Position numbers and translations under genes: made by a program. The notes under the pieces were generated by a model. That model searched no databases, was not told the DNA's origin, and saw nothing but the letters and a program-made list of their open reading frames with translations. A DNA stretch of 64,000 nucleotides from Escherichia phage MX01, in sequence record NC_031934.1. One strand, written 5' to 3'. Positions 1 through 9,896 of this stretch are shown here, piece after piece. The stretch's first letter is position 1, and each line of letters begins with the position of its first letter.

Positions 1-48
1 AACTACTTTCTCTTGTTCAGATTTAGCCAGACATTTAATATTGTACAT
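1..48 (-). CDS. rIIB: rIIB, N-terminal 16 codons only (gene continues past window start)
   Basis: ATG at 46-48 preceded by TAAGGAAA SD overlapping rIIA stop; translation MYNIKCLAKSEQEKVV matches recalled T4 rIIB N-terminus. Confidence 0.6.
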   Translation of the reverse strand, partial: MYNIKCLAKSEQEKVV

Positions 49-62
49 AATATTTCCTTAGA

Positions 63-2273
63 TTAAGCCGCTTCCACGGCTTTCATGAATTTAACAATTT
101 GAGCTACAGAAGCCTCGGTAATAGATGTTCCACGACGATACATGTAGTCCGAAACTAAATGGTAATCAGATTCAAACTGTACAGTCATTTTATCATTGTT
201 GCTTGAAGCATTATCGGTTAACGTATAGAACGTCGTGTTACAAATTTTCTTGATAACAGAAAGCTTATCATCAGTGATATATCCACCGAAATTCATATAA
301 CGGAATATATCATAGAAATTACTCAGACGAGTATATGCTTCAGTTACCGGCTTGTCACTGAAATACTTGGTCATGAAATTAAGCTGAGGGAACTTAGCAA
401 TGATTTCAAGATAATACCTTGCACGGGTATTACTGCCAATATAATCATCAACATCTACCGAGTCTAAGGCTTCAGCATAAGCTTCTAATGTAGCTTCCAT
501 CAAGCATTCGCATTGGCCTAACTTTTTAATCTTTTTGGCAATCTGAGGGCGAATGATATGGAATTCGGTAGCACCAATCAAATTAGCCATACGACACATG
601 GTAGTGGTGTTGATGTCAAAGATACCATAAGCTTCATCCATTCCCATGATATCAGAACGACTGCCAAACAGAACATAACCGGTAATTTCTTCTGCTTCAG
701 CTGCGGTCAAATACATGGTCTCTGTTTGCCAACGGCCATCTTTAATGAACCAACGATAAGCACTTGGTGTTTTAGGACGAGGTTCTGATGAACGAACCGT
801 AACCGGAATCCATGGCTTAACAATTTTATTCAGCTCTGAGACTTTATAAAAATGAATAGTGTCACCTTTAAAAAGTTCTTTAACCTTTTCAAGTTGTTGC
901 ATTTGCAGCATTGAATTTGGGTCGACAAAAATAAGGTCGGTTCCGTATTTAGGAATATTGTTCTCTTTAACAATTTTCTTAGCCGAAGCACTGTTGTCCA
1001 TTGCCAAGGCCCAAAGTCCTCGAACTAGTGGCACACGACCCTTTTCATCATCATAAACAACATGGATTTCTTTCTTATTAATGCCTAATAAACTACTAAG
1101 TCCTGCCACCGAAGAAGTATTACCACTCGGCTTAATTCGTTTCAAACGTGGGTCTGAAACGATTTCGTAAACAACGCCTAAATTAAGAAGGTCGTTTTGA
1201 AGTGTATATTTTTGATACAGTTTTTCAAAGGTCAATTTTTCTGTAGTAAACAAGCTAGTTCCACCTTTTTTGGTAAGATAGTCACGAGCACTGTAACCAA
1301 GGTTAGAAAGGTCACGATAAACATGACGTGGGTTATCAGATTCAACCCATTCCTTCGTATCATTTTTAAAGACCACTGCATCAAGTGCTTCAATACGGGT
1401 TGCAATATTTTCCATCGTACGTTTATCAAGAGACAACACTTCACGAGACGGAGCAATATCCAGTGAACCCATAGGGAACTTAATATAAACTACATCATGG
1501 CGAGTACGCATCCATGTGCCTTTATTATAGGCAGAATCCAATGGATAGACAATACCACCATAAACTGCATAAAGCCCTGAACGTTCGAAGCTGCCATAAT
1601 TTGTAGTGGTTACAGGATGGTAATCGTCAAATTCAGGGAAATAATCAACTTCAACACCGTCTACATCACCAAGACCAATGAAAGGCCGCATGATATAACG
1701 AACTTCAGTTTCAAACTTACGGAAATCTTCTTCATCAACAGGAACTGTGATTTCGATACCTGTTTTATCACCTGGCTGCATAGGTTCTACGAAAGTAGGT
1801 TTAATCTGTGGCCCATCACCATCCATATATGCTACATAACCGCGAACTTCGCCATTGTGCCATGAGGTAATATTAAACGTTTCGGTATAACTGAACGGAG
1901 ATTTTGAACCAAGGCCAAAGCCGCCGATGAAATCATTAGAAGCCGTTTTGGACGACGCGAAATAAGAGTTATACAAACCTGTTTCGTTTTCATCACCACG
2001 AATTTGGAAATCGCTCATACCCGGACCGAAATCACGGCATACGAAACGAGGGTCCAGTTTACCAGGAACCTGTACTTTCCAACGTTCTTTATTACCATTC
2101 AGAATATGGGCATCAATCATGTTGGTAATTAGTTCACGTACTACAGCACGTACCTTATTACTATAAAGGTCTGATGAAAGAATTTTAAAGACCTTAGGAG
2201 AAGCCTGGATAGTAAAGCCCGTGGACTTAGCACCATTACCAATGATTTGTTCTTTTTCGGTTTCGATAATCAT
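63..2273 (-). CDS. rIIA: rIIA membrane-associated protein, N-terminal GHKL-type ATPase
   Basis: 736 aa, T4 rIIA size and position upstream of rIIB; ATG start. Confidence 0.9.
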   Translation of the reverse strand: MIIETEKEQIIGNGAKSTGFTIQASPKVFKILSSDLYSNKVRAVVRELITNMIDAHILNGNKERWKVQVPGKLDPRFVCRDFGPGMSDFQIRGDENETGLYNSYFASSKTASNDFIGGFGLGSKSPFSYTETFNITSWHNGEVRGYVAYMDGDGPQIKPTFVEPMQPGDKTGIEITVPVDEEDFRKFETEVRYIMRPFIGLGDVDGVEVDYFPEFDDYHPVTTTNYGSFERSGLYAVYGGIVYPLDSAYNKGTWMRTRHDVVYIKFPMGSLDIAPSREVLSLDKRTMENIATRIEALDAVVFKNDTKEWVESDNPRHVYRDLSNLGYSARDYLTKKGGTSLFTTEKLTFEKLYQKYTLQNDLLNLGVVYEIVSDPRLKRIKPSGNTSSVAGLSSLLGINKKEIHVVYDDEKGRVPLVRGLWALAMDNSASAKKIVKENNIPKYGTDLIFVDPNSMLQMQQLEKVKELFKGDTIHFYKVSELNKIVKPWIPVTVRSSEPRPKTPSAYRWFIKDGRWQTETMYLTAAEAEEITGYVLFGSRSDIMGMDEAYGIFDINTTTMCRMANLIGATEFHIIRPQIAKKIKKLGQCECLMEATLEAYAEALDSVDVDDYIGSNTRARYYLEIIAKFPQLNFMTKYFSDKPVTEAYTRLSNFYDIFRYMNFGGYITDDKLSVIKKICNTTFYTLTDNASSNNDKMTVQFESDYHLVSDYMYRRGTSITEASVAQIVKFMKAVEAA

Positions 2274-2280
2274 ATTTTTC

Positions 2281-2484
2281 TCAATTCAGGTTACGTTTAA
2301 AAAGGTCTGCCACTTCAAGGAGCTCGTCCTTAGTAGCGATGTCGTTAAGTATTTTATATCTGATTTCTTTAAAGCGTTCTTTAAAATCCTCAGCCGCATT
2401 GATATCAAAAAATCGTTGGATTAACCGGAATTCTTTATGGACGGCTTTATCGAACAAATCAATATTCACTTTAAAGTTTGTCAT
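2281..2484 (-). CDS. hypothetical protein, 67 aa
   Basis: Co-oriented small ORF between rIIA and gene 39; no recognisable motif. Confidence 0.45.
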   Translation of the reverse strand: MTNFKVNIDLFDKAVHKEFRLIQRFFDINAAEDFKERFKEIRYKILNDIATKDELLEVADLFKRNLN

Positions 2485-2794
2485 TTTTAACTACCTCATG
2501 TTGAACATATTCTCTGGTAGAACCTAGTTCAGCCAGAATTCTTCTCATAGAACCCATTGTACTTTTGTGCTCTCTGTGGCGATACATTATCTCTAAAACC
2601 TTTTCCTGGACTACAGGAGAGAGCGCCTGGTTATCTTTAATCTTTAAGGCAATAGATTTTACAGCCTTAAGGTATTCAAGTCCCTTACCGCTTGTAGTCA
2701 CTATTCCTTCGTCCTTACAATTTCGTATGGCCGTCTCCATGAAGGATAAAGCCAGGTTGTCTGTGTTCACTATACTGTTATCTTGCATAATCAT
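2471..2794 (-). CDS. hypothetical protein, about 107 aa
   Basis: Start moved to internal ATG (M10) preceded by AGGTGA SD and an upstream promoter. Confidence 0.5.
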   Translation of the reverse strand: MIMQDNSIVNTDNLALSFMETAIRNCKDEGIVTTSGKGLEYLKAVKSIALKIKDNQALSPVVQEKVLEIMYRHREHKSTMGSMRRILAELGSTREYVQHEVVKNDKL

Positions 2795-2811
2795 ATTCTC
2801 ACCTCTAGATA

Positions 2812-2841
2812 ATCCTATCATGACTAAGGGTCTTTGTAAAC
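2812..2841 (-). promoter_or_regulatory. early sigma70-type promoter (GTTTAC-N18-TAGGAT)
   Basis: Minus-strand -35 GTTTAC right after terminator stem; weak -10. Confidence 0.45.
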
Positions 2842-2863
2842 CCCGAAAAGGGCCTTGCGGCCC
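2841..2863 (-). terminator. rho-independent terminator (stem GGGCC-GCAA-GGCCC then TTTT)
   Basis: GC-rich hairpin with T-run on minus strand. Confidence 0.55.
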
Positions 2864-2866
2864 TTA

Positions 2867-3067
2867 TTAGTTACTTGAATCGACCTTATAGACTTGTCCG
2901 CGGGTTTGGTAAACTTCGCCGTCCCATGTCTCGACTGTAATAGTCACGTATTCTGCAAACTGAGGTCTAGTATCAGTCCAGATATAACCGTATTCGCCGG
3001 TGACGAGCGTAACCCAGTACTTTCTCATAAAGTCTCCTTTTGTATGGCACCAATTAGTACCATACAT
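2867..3067 (-). CDS. hypothetical protein, 66 aa
   Basis: ATG-initiated ORF immediately upstream of gene 39. Confidence 0.45.
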   Translation of the reverse strand: MYGTNWCHTKGDFMRKYWVTLVTGEYGYIWTDTRPQFAEYVTITVETWDGEVYQTRGQVYKVDSSN

Positions 3068-3072
3068 ATTTA

Positions 3073-4890
3073 TTACGACATCCAGGCCTTACGGAGTTGA
3101 GGGTCATTACCAAGGAGCATTTCGAACTGTTCTTTCCAATCTTCAGGTAATTGAACAACATCAAATTTAGGGTCTTGAATCATTCGACGGTATTCAGCTT
3201 TCTCAAGAGAACCTAGTCCTTTGATATAGCGAATAGAATGTTTTGGTAGAGAGTCCTTAGCTTTGGTATAACTAGGGACATCATAGAACCATTCCTGTTC
3301 TTTACCAACCTGGGCAATAATTACCGGAGTTTTACAGAAACGTACTCGGCCTTGTTCGAACAATTCAGGCCATTGACTAAAGAAGGCTAGCAATGATGGA
3401 TAAATCGAGCCAGTACCATCCACATCGGCATCAGTCATAATAGCAATATTACGATAGTTAGTTTTCTCTGCAGGTTCACCAATAACCAATCCAGTGATTG
3501 CACAGATATCAAATAGTTCCTTGTTCTTCATGATATCTGTTGCTGTCATTCCCCAGGTATTCATAACCTTACCACGTAATGGATAGCCACCTTGAAGGTC
3601 TTTATTACGAACTTCAATGAAAGGACCCATAGCGGAATCACCTTCGGTTAGGAACAGGGTTGTATCGGCATCTTTGCCGTATAAGTTAGCTTTAATATGC
3701 TTATGGACCTTGGCTTTAGAAGCTTTCTTAGCGGCTTTAGTTTCAGCTGCCTTTTCGGCTGCTAATTTACGTGCTAAAGCAGCTTCAACGATAGGCATAA
3801 TCAACCCATCGACCTTAAGAATAGCTGTGGCAATTTTCTTAGCATCAATTTGGATATGGTTACGAATCTCGCCAAATGGAGATGTTAAGCGCTCTTTAGT
3901 CTGTGAATCAAAACGCATGTTGCTCATATCACGAATGAACATCACCATCGTAAGGCATTCTTTAACTCGTGCCTTACTTACTTCGATGCCTTTATATTTC
4001 TTCTTGATGCCTGGCAAGAGATGTTCGCAGATATCATCAAACACACATTCAACATGATGACCACCATTCTTAGTATGAATATTGTTCACATAAGTTAGGT
4101 GACGGAATCCATCCGGAGAAGGAGTAAATGCCATTGAAACATTATCAGTTTCTTGGATTACAAAGTCTTCACCAAATTGCTTAGCATACTTTTTAAAGTT
4201 GCCATCTACTTTTTTACCATTAAAAGTAAATTGAATATCAGGATAAATTACGGCCAGAGTTTGCAATCGGTCTAATGTAATATCCAGATAAATTTGCGAC
4301 AGGCTATTTTCTTCGAAATGGCTAAAGTCCGGAGTGAATATAACAGAAGTACCCTTACCTTTAGATTTCTTAGTAGACCAACCTTTGTTTTCCATTCCGT
4401 TTGAACAGTTGACAGTAATCTCATTCTCACCATCAGAGGTGATGCCTGTGAACAAAACAGAGAAGATATTAGTTAAACTACTACCGACACCATTCATGCC
4501 GCCTGTCTTACGCTCAGTGTCATCTCCAAAGTTACCACCTGCCTTTGGAATAGTCCATGCAGCTACAGGACCTGGAATTTGTTCACCGTTTTGATCGATG
4601 ACCATTGCTTGTGGAATACCACGACCATTATCAGAAACTGAAACCTGGTTATTCTTAATTTGGACATCAATTTTATTTGCGAATTTAAAATTGGTACGAA
4701 TAGCTTCATCGACAGAGTTATCAATGATTTCGTCAATTAATTTAACCAGCCCAGGAACATAGTTTACCTGTGTAAAATTACCAAACAGGAATCGACCGTG
4801 AGCTTCATTAGCACTGGAGCCAATATACATCCCACTACGTTTTTTGATATGTTCAATGTCGGACAGTACTTTAATTTCATTCTTAATCAT
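3073..4890 (-). CDS. 39: DNA topoisomerase II large subunit (GyrB-like ATPase + Toprim; unsplit 39/60 form)
   Basis: 605 aa with GHKL ATPase N-terminus and Toprim region; size fits fused gp39+gp60. Confidence 0.88.
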   Translation of the reverse strand: MIKNEIKVLSDIEHIKKRSGMYIGSSANEAHGRFLFGNFTQVNYVPGLVKLIDEIIDNSVDEAIRTNFKFANKIDVQIKNNQVSVSDNGRGIPQAMVIDQNGEQIPGPVAAWTIPKAGGNFGDDTERKTGGMNGVGSSLTNIFSVLFTGITSDGENEITVNCSNGMENKGWSTKKSKGKGTSVIFTPDFSHFEENSLSQIYLDITLDRLQTLAVIYPDIQFTFNGKKVDGNFKKYAKQFGEDFVIQETDNVSMAFTPSPDGFRHLTYVNNIHTKNGGHHVECVFDDICEHLLPGIKKKYKGIEVSKARVKECLTMVMFIRDMSNMRFDSQTKERLTSPFGEIRNHIQIDAKKIATAILKVDGLIMPIVEAALARKLAAEKAAETKAAKKASKAKVHKHIKANLYGKDADTTLFLTEGDSAMGPFIEVRNKDLQGGYPLRGKVMNTWGMTATDIMKNKELFDICAITGLVIGEPAEKTNYRNIAIMTDADVDGTGSIYPSLLAFFSQWPELFEQGRVRFCKTPVIIAQVGKEQEWFYDVPSYTKAKDSLPKHSIRYIKGLGSLEKAEYRRMIQDPKFDVVQLPEDWKEQFEMLLGNDPQLRKAWMS

Positions 4891-4916
4891 GTTATTTCCT
4901 CATGTAGTAGGAGAAT

Positions 4917-4941
4917 ATTATACCACTCCACTTAAAGCAAT
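4917..4941 (-). promoter_or_regulatory. promoter for gene 39: TGGTATAAT -10 with upstream MotA-box-like ATTGCTTTA
   Basis: MotA-box-like motif 10 nt upstream of TATAAT; middle-type geometry approximate. Confidence 0.4.
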
Positions 4942-4956
4942 AAAGGGCCGAAGCCC
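4933..4956 (-). terminator. rho-independent terminator-like hairpin (GGGC-TTCG-GCCC)
   Basis: Hairpin followed by TTTATTGCTTT downstream of lipoprotein gene. Confidence 0.45.
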
Positions 4957-5217
4957 TTAATCAAATCGAATGGTCGACTTTTTAAAGAATAATCCAGAAC
5001 AAACAGTTCCTTCAACCCTTTTACCTGTCGGACCCACAGCAATAAAGCCTGTACGTTGGAAATCATCTTCAGAACAGCCAAATAGGTTGTATCCTGTGAT
5101 TTGGATTTGTTCGTAGCCATTTGCATCCAATACACGGGTAGCATTATCAGCATCAGTACATCCAACCAATGAAACCGCCAATACTAAAGCTGCAATAGAA
5201 CGATTAATATATTTCAT
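4957..5217 (-). CDS. predicted lipoprotein, 86 aa
   Basis: Signal peptide with lipobox LVGC. Confidence 0.55.
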   Translation of the reverse strand: MKYINRSIAALVLAVSLVGCTDADNATRVLDANGYEQIQITGYNLFGCSEDDFQRTGFIAVGPTGKRVEGTVCSGLFFKKSTIRFD

Positions 5218-5223
5218 AATTTC

Positions 5224-5400
5224 TCACTTAGTCAGCAGGTCGTAAAAACCGCCATTAACATGTTTAGGAGCCGAGACTAACCGAACAGCCAGCCGATGGC
5301 AATCAGGACAAACATCATTATCTCTTTCAGAGATTTTCTTGATTTTTTCGTATTCTTTTGCACAGTCTTCAGATTGGCATTTGTAATCATAAAGTGGCAT
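5224..5400 (-). CDS. zinc-ribbon protein, about 58 aa
   Basis: CxxC...CPDC pair; start moved to ATG (MPLYDYKC) preceded by AAGGAG. Confidence 0.5.
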   Translation of the reverse strand: MPLYDYKCQSEDCAKEYEKIKKISERDNDVCPDCHRLAVRLVSAPKHVNGGFYDLLTK

Positions 5401-5611
5401 TATAAGTCTCCTTCCAGAATTCAGTACCTTCAGCAGTGATTTCACGGAACACTGCATAGATAGGGGTTTTATCACCCTGATTTTCGTATACATAAACCGA
5501 CGATAAATGAGAAAACGTATCAGAATGTTCCTTTTGAACCACGATTAAATCAGGGTTGAACAGAACATCTTCAAATTCTTCACGAGTCGAGTTCATCGTA
5601 ACTTTAGCCAT
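5387..5611 (-). CDS. hypothetical protein, 74 aa
   Basis: ATG start with upstream promoter-like element at 5642-5671. Confidence 0.5.
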   Translation of the reverse strand: MAKVTMNSTREEFEDVLFNPDLIVVQKEHSDTFSHLSSVYVYENQGDKTPIYAVFREITAEGTEFWKETYNATL

Positions 5612-5641
5612 TTTATTTTCCTCTCATTTGTTGATAGGGTA

Positions 5642-5671
5642 ATCTTATCACTACCCTACCATATTGTATAC
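5642..5671 (-). promoter_or_regulatory. early promoter-like element (GTATAC-N18-TAAGAT)
   Basis: Degenerate copy of the recurring cassette. Confidence 0.35.
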
Positions 5672-5684
5672 TGTTTTTTAAACT

Positions 5685-6251
5685 TTATGCAAAATGAATA
5701 TCAGCATACTCAACGATAAAGCTCTCAGGAACAACCTTAAAGGTTCCAAGGAACACGATGTTATAGAGCTTAACGCCTTTTTCAACCCACTGGTCGGTGA
5801 TGTAACCGGACATACTAGTGGTTTCATAAGTCGGACCGTACTTGCACTTGTATTCAAACGGTTTAGGTGAAACGAAAAAGACACCTTTACCTAATTTCCA
5901 TTTGAAATCAACACCAACATGAGATTGGTCAATAGTTTCAACGTCTTGAGCTACTACGCCACGGATATCATTGCTTTCACATACATACCCATCATGGGAT
6001 TCAACTTCTTCAACTACAGGAGCGATGTATCCGGTAAATTCAGTCGATTCCAAGAATTTAGCACGCACATAAGCGAATTGAGTTTCAGTCTGGCCATTTT
6101 TAGGAATGATACGCACTTTTACTTCAGAATTTTCTTCACTGACACCTTCTTTAAGTTGGATGCTAACAACTTCAACTAAACAGCCTGCAGCTTTTGAACG
6201 AGACTTTTTGGATACACGAACAATACCGCCGATATCGGAAATAGTAATCAT
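5685..6251 (-). CDS. hypothetical protein, 188 aa (paralog of next gene by C-terminal motif)
   Basis: C-terminus GYITDQWVEKGVKLYNIVFLGTFKVVP resembles C-terminus of 6325-7080. Confidence 0.55.
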   Translation of the reverse strand: MITISDIGGIVRVSKKSRSKAAGCLVEVVSIQLKEGVSEENSEVKVRIIPKNGQTETQFAYVRAKFLESTEFTGYIAPVVEEVESHDGYVCESNDIRGVVAQDVETIDQSHVGVDFKWKLGKGVFFVSPKPFEYKCKYGPTYETTSMSGYITDQWVEKGVKLYNIVFLGTFKVVPESFIVEYADIHFA

Positions 6252-6324
6252 AATTTTTCTCTCTTGGTTAAAGGTTTATTCTCCATGAGAGCCATTATAA
6301 CATGGCCCTCGATAAAGTAAACTA

Positions 6325-7080
6325 TTAATTCAATACATTAACCACTGCACTACGAGGTACTACACTAAAATCACCTGCATGGACAACGTTCAGCAGCTCA
6401 ACACCGTCTTCAACCCACTGGTCTGTTACCCAACCACAGATAGGATTATCAAAAGGACGACGGATAGACACAGCAGCACACAGCAGGTCGGTAGGGTCTT
6501 GTTCTTCAACTTCTTGGAACAGGATTAACTCTGCTTCATAAACCAGGTTTTTCTCTATTTTGTTATTGTCTAAACGACGACCGTGGATGACGTAAGATTT
6601 GGCAAACCAGTCACTTTTAGCAAATTCTTCAACAATAAATTCGCCTTCGCCAAAAACATCAGTCAGAGTTTTATAACCAGAAATCAAGGCCTTAGTTTTA
6701 ATTTCAGGTTCAACCAGTTTGTAGGTTTTGCCGATTTCGATAGTCTGAGTAGTCATAGGTGATTCCTTAATTTCCGGTGGTTTAACAGGGCATACATAAG
6801 TGCTTAAAACATCAAAATCAATTAGCTGGCTTGCCATTGGGGCCAAACGAATAAATGAATCAATTTCTCGTTGTGACAAACGAATGGTGTGGATTTCCGG
6901 AACACCGCATTCTTGAACTGTTACGGATTTAATATTATCAAACTCGTCAGGTTCAATAGAAAGAATACGGAACTCGTTACCTTTAGTCATCTTTTTAAGG
7001 ATGTCATAAGCTTGGTTGTGGAGCTTAAGGGCTGAAAACGGCGTAACAATATATTTGGCATTCGGGTCAAAAGTGTTCAT
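6325..7080 (-). CDS. hypothetical protein, 251 aa (paralog of previous gene by C-terminal motif)
   Basis: C-terminus GWVTDQWVEDGVELLNVVHAGDFSVVP. Confidence 0.55.
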   Translation of the reverse strand: MNTFDPNAKYIVTPFSALKLHNQAYDILKKMTKGNEFRILSIEPDEFDNIKSVTVQECGVPEIHTIRLSQREIDSFIRLAPMASQLIDFDVLSTYVCPVKPPEIKESPMTTQTIEIGKTYKLVEPEIKTKALISGYKTLTDVFGEGEFIVEEFAKSDWFAKSYVIHGRRLDNNKIEKNLVYEAELILFQEVEEQDPTDLLCAAVSIRRPFDNPICGWVTDQWVEDGVELLNVVHAGDFSVVPRSAVVNVLN

Positions 7081-7586
7081 AATTTTCTCATTTCAATAAA
7101 ATCTACAAGTTCGGCATAGGATTTGCGGAACATTACTTGGCGGCCACCGATGACAACCTCATCTTCTGGTATTTCGTAAACAGCAAGATAGAATCCTTTA
7201 GAAGATAATTCTTCACGCTCTTCACGGGTGAACCAGCGCATCATATCATACTCACTGGCAAAAGCAAAATGGTAGAGATTAACAAACCAACCTGGAATAT
7301 AATCATCACAGCCTTCATAATCAGGCTGGTTCCACTTAGTTCTAATGGTTTTATTAGAATTTTCCACCAACAACTTGTCTTGACCTGGTAGCGGAATATT
7401 TTTATTATTGGTATGGTGGTGTCTAAAATTAGGTTTGTCGAAACCTACTTCTAATAACCAACCTTCGCTCCATTCATCAAACGAGCCTCTATACGGTGTT
7501 AATTGGCGGCACTGTTGGTGAGTGATTGCTATAACATCGCTGTTATCTAAGATACTGAACGATGACTCCACTCGATAAATTTTCAT
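7077..7586 (-). CDS. hypothetical protein, 169 aa
   Basis: ATG with AGGAG SD and canonical early promoter upstream. Confidence 0.6.
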   Translation of the reverse strand: MKIYRVESSFSILDNSDVIAITHQQCRQLTPYRGSFDEWSEGWLLEVGFDKPNFRHHHTNNKNIPLPGQDKLLVENSNKTIRTKWNQPDYEGCDDYIPGWFVNLYHFAFASEYDMMRWFTREEREELSSKGFYLAVYEIPEDEVVIGGRQVMFRKSYAELVDFIEMRKL

Positions 7587-7613
7587 TTTGTTCTCCTCGT
7601 GTTGATAGGGTAG

Positions 7614-7642
7614 ATAATATCATGTCATGAGGAGAAGTAAAC
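7614..7642 (-). promoter_or_regulatory. early promoter (GTTTAC-N17-TATTAT)
   Basis: Cassette followed by AGGAG SD and ATG of 169-aa gene. Confidence 0.6.
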
Positions 7643-7646
7643 ACTT

Positions 7647-8321
7647 TTATCGATTTTTTATACTTAATGGGTCAGGATTCTCAGGGACATCTTCCAAGCC
7701 CAAGGCGTACCGTTGAGCGTATTTCAGCATCAAGATATCCTTGGCACAGTCATGGATGGAGTCATGAGCAACAAAGCCATTCAATGTTCCGTTAGGCAGA
7801 GGACACATGCTCAATCCACGAGTTAGTGAATATGCTTCAATAGCTGTACGGATGTCACGTTGGTTCCAGAATTTAACCGGTTCTAATTTACTGGTATCGA
7901 TTTCATTCTCAGGAACCCCTTCAGAACGATAAGCATCACGAATAAGGTCGACTAAGATAGGAAAGTCAAAGGACATTCCACGACACCACATCTGTGATTT
8001 CCATTGGTCCACTTCGTTTTTACGGCAGTATTCCAGGAAATTACCAAGGCCAATAGAAGTGGACACATCAATTTCAGATGGAGCCAGGTTTTTACGTGCT
8101 TCAGGTCCTTGCTCTTTCCACCACTGTAACGTGCTTTTAGAAAACAGACGTTTATCACGTTGAGAAGCGAGGTCAAATTTAATACGAAGGCCACGTTGAG
8201 TAAGCTCTTCAAACGTTTCTACAACCTCAGGATTAGGGTCGTAAGCAATTACGGCTAGGTCGATAACCGCTGCATTTTGAGTAGTGGCAAAGGTTTCAAA
8301 GTCAATAATTATATCTTTCAT
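7647..8321 (-). CDS. dexA: exonuclease A (DEDD-type 3'-5' exonuclease)
   Basis: 224 aa; IIDFET motif and strong similarity to recalled T4 DexA. Confidence 0.85.
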   Translation of the reverse strand: MKDIIIDFETFATTQNAAVIDLAVIAYDPNPEVVETFEELTQRGLRIKFDLASQRDKRLFSKSTLQWWKEQGPEARKNLAPSEIDVSTSIGLGNFLEYCRKNEVDQWKSQMWCRGMSFDFPILVDLIRDAYRSEGVPENEIDTSKLEPVKFWNQRDIRTAIEAYSLTRGLSMCPLPNGTLNGFVAHDSIHDCAKDILMLKYAQRYALGLEDVPENPDPLSIKNR

Positions 8322-8557
8322 TTAACGTACCTCATAAGGTCTCGGATTTGGCCGACGGTGTAGTCTTCAATATAAACCGAAGAGATATTGTCGTCCATCA
8401 GATTTTGTACTGCAATAAAATCACTTTCAATCTCTTTAAGAGAGTTCAGGACAGTATGGGCCTTTTGCCTAATGCTGATATTATTTTGGTTGACCTTAAT
8501 AATATATTCAGTTTCAAATTTCAACTTATAAAATTGGTCTTTGGTTACTTTAATCAT
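8318..8557 (-). CDS. hypothetical protein, about 79 aa
   Basis: Start moved to internal ATG with GAGGA SD to avoid overlap with dda. Confidence 0.45.
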   Translation of the reverse strand: MIKVTKDQFYKLKFETEYIIKVNQNNISIRQKAHTVLNSLKEIESDFIAVQNLMDDNISSVYIEDYTVGQIRDLMRYVK

Positions 8558-8564
8558 ATTTTCC

Positions 8565-9896
8565 TCAAACGTAATAGGCATCAGTACGAGCACGAGTAAT
8601 ACTAACATAAGCTAGCTGTGAAGCTAAACTCACATCAGCCATATGCATACACGGGGTATAGATGAAACTGTTCTGGACTGTGAGGCCCTGCGATTTATGA
8701 ACAGTGCTCACCGGAAGAGCTCGAACCTTAGTAAACATTCTCTTAGCTTTCCAAAAATCAGCCCACTTAGGTTTCTTACCCGTTCCACGCATGGCTTTGT
8801 ATTCAGTAGCAACCTTAGCCAAGAAATAATGGAACTTCTCGACTGAAGCCTCATCGATGACCTTTAAATGCTCTACATAGTACTCGTCATCTTCATCGAT
8901 AGATTCTACTTGAAGGTCCCAGTAATTAATCATTTGACGAGTGCCTACATCCTTGGCAGACAAGAACAATGAGGTGTGGTTCACATCCAGAATACGAACC
9001 ATTTGGCCATTATTAAAAATGGTTTCAGAGAATTTCTTGCCGTCGTATTCAAGTTCCTTCATAAAAGGCTCTTGCATTACTAGGATTTCACCCTTAATAT
9101 AAGGCGCATCGGTTTCATAAAGCTTTTTACGAATAATACTATTCAGCTTTTCAACCGATTTATTTGTATAAGCAAACATCCTATTCTCAAACAGTGCATC
9201 AGCATCCTTTACGATGGAAAAATAATTCATCATAAAATCTTTTAATGCTGTTTGGGATTTAAAACCGTGGACCCCGTGGTCTTCGAATATACAATCTCTA
9301 AACCATCCACCATTACGGATTTCAGTAGCCACCTCAATGATAGGAGCATTACTACGCATCACTTCAGTCAAATGTAATTGTTTGATTTTTGGATGCGTAA
9401 AGAATGGAGACAACTGCGGACTACCATCACTTCCAGGTTCCACTGGCTGTAGCTGAGCTCTGTCGCCAATCCCTAATACAGTACACCACGGTGGCACGGA
9501 AGATTCGATAATCTTAAACAGCTTACCGTCAATCATCGAGCCTTCATCAACAACCAGCACATTACATTTGCTCAAGTCAGGAGCTTCGCGCTGTTCAAAG
9601 ATGTCCTGGTCTTCGTATGTGGTAGGGTTAATCTTTAAGATTCGATGGATTGTTGATGCTTCTTGACCTGCGAGTTTCGACAACACCTTTTTGGCCGCAT
9701 GGGTGGGTGCAGTCAAAATAACTCCGAGTTCACCGTTCTTGACTAGATGGTCAAGAATAAATTTGGTAAGGGTTGTTTTACCCGTACCAGCAGGGCCGTT
9801 CAATGTAATCCATTCGCCCTTACGTCGTTTAATAGCTTCAATGATTTCTTTAAAAGCCGTCCTCTGGCCGATGTTCAAGTCTTCAAATGTAATCAT
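8565..9896 (-). CDS. dda: Dda 5'-3' DNA helicase (SF1)
   Basis: 443 aa; Walker A GPAGTGKTT; strong similarity to recalled T4 Dda. Confidence 0.9.
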   Translation of the reverse strand: MITFEDLNIGQRTAFKEIIEAIKRRKGEWITLNGPAGTGKTTLTKFILDHLVKNGELGVILTAPTHAAKKVLSKLAGQEASTIHRILKINPTTYEDQDIFEQREAPDLSKCNVLVVDEGSMIDGKLFKIIESSVPPWCTVLGIGDRAQLQPVEPGSDGSPQLSPFFTHPKIKQLHLTEVMRSNAPIIEVATEIRNGGWFRDCIFEDHGVHGFKSQTALKDFMMNYFSIVKDADALFENRMFAYTNKSVEKLNSIIRKKLYETDAPYIKGEILVMQEPFMKELEYDGKKFSETIFNNGQMVRILDVNHTSLFLSAKDVGTRQMINYWDLQVESIDEDDEYYVEHLKVIDEASVEKFHYFLAKVATEYKAMRGTGKKPKWADFWKAKRMFTKVRALPVSTVHKSQGLTVQNSFIYTPCMHMADVSLASQLAYVSITRARTDAYYV

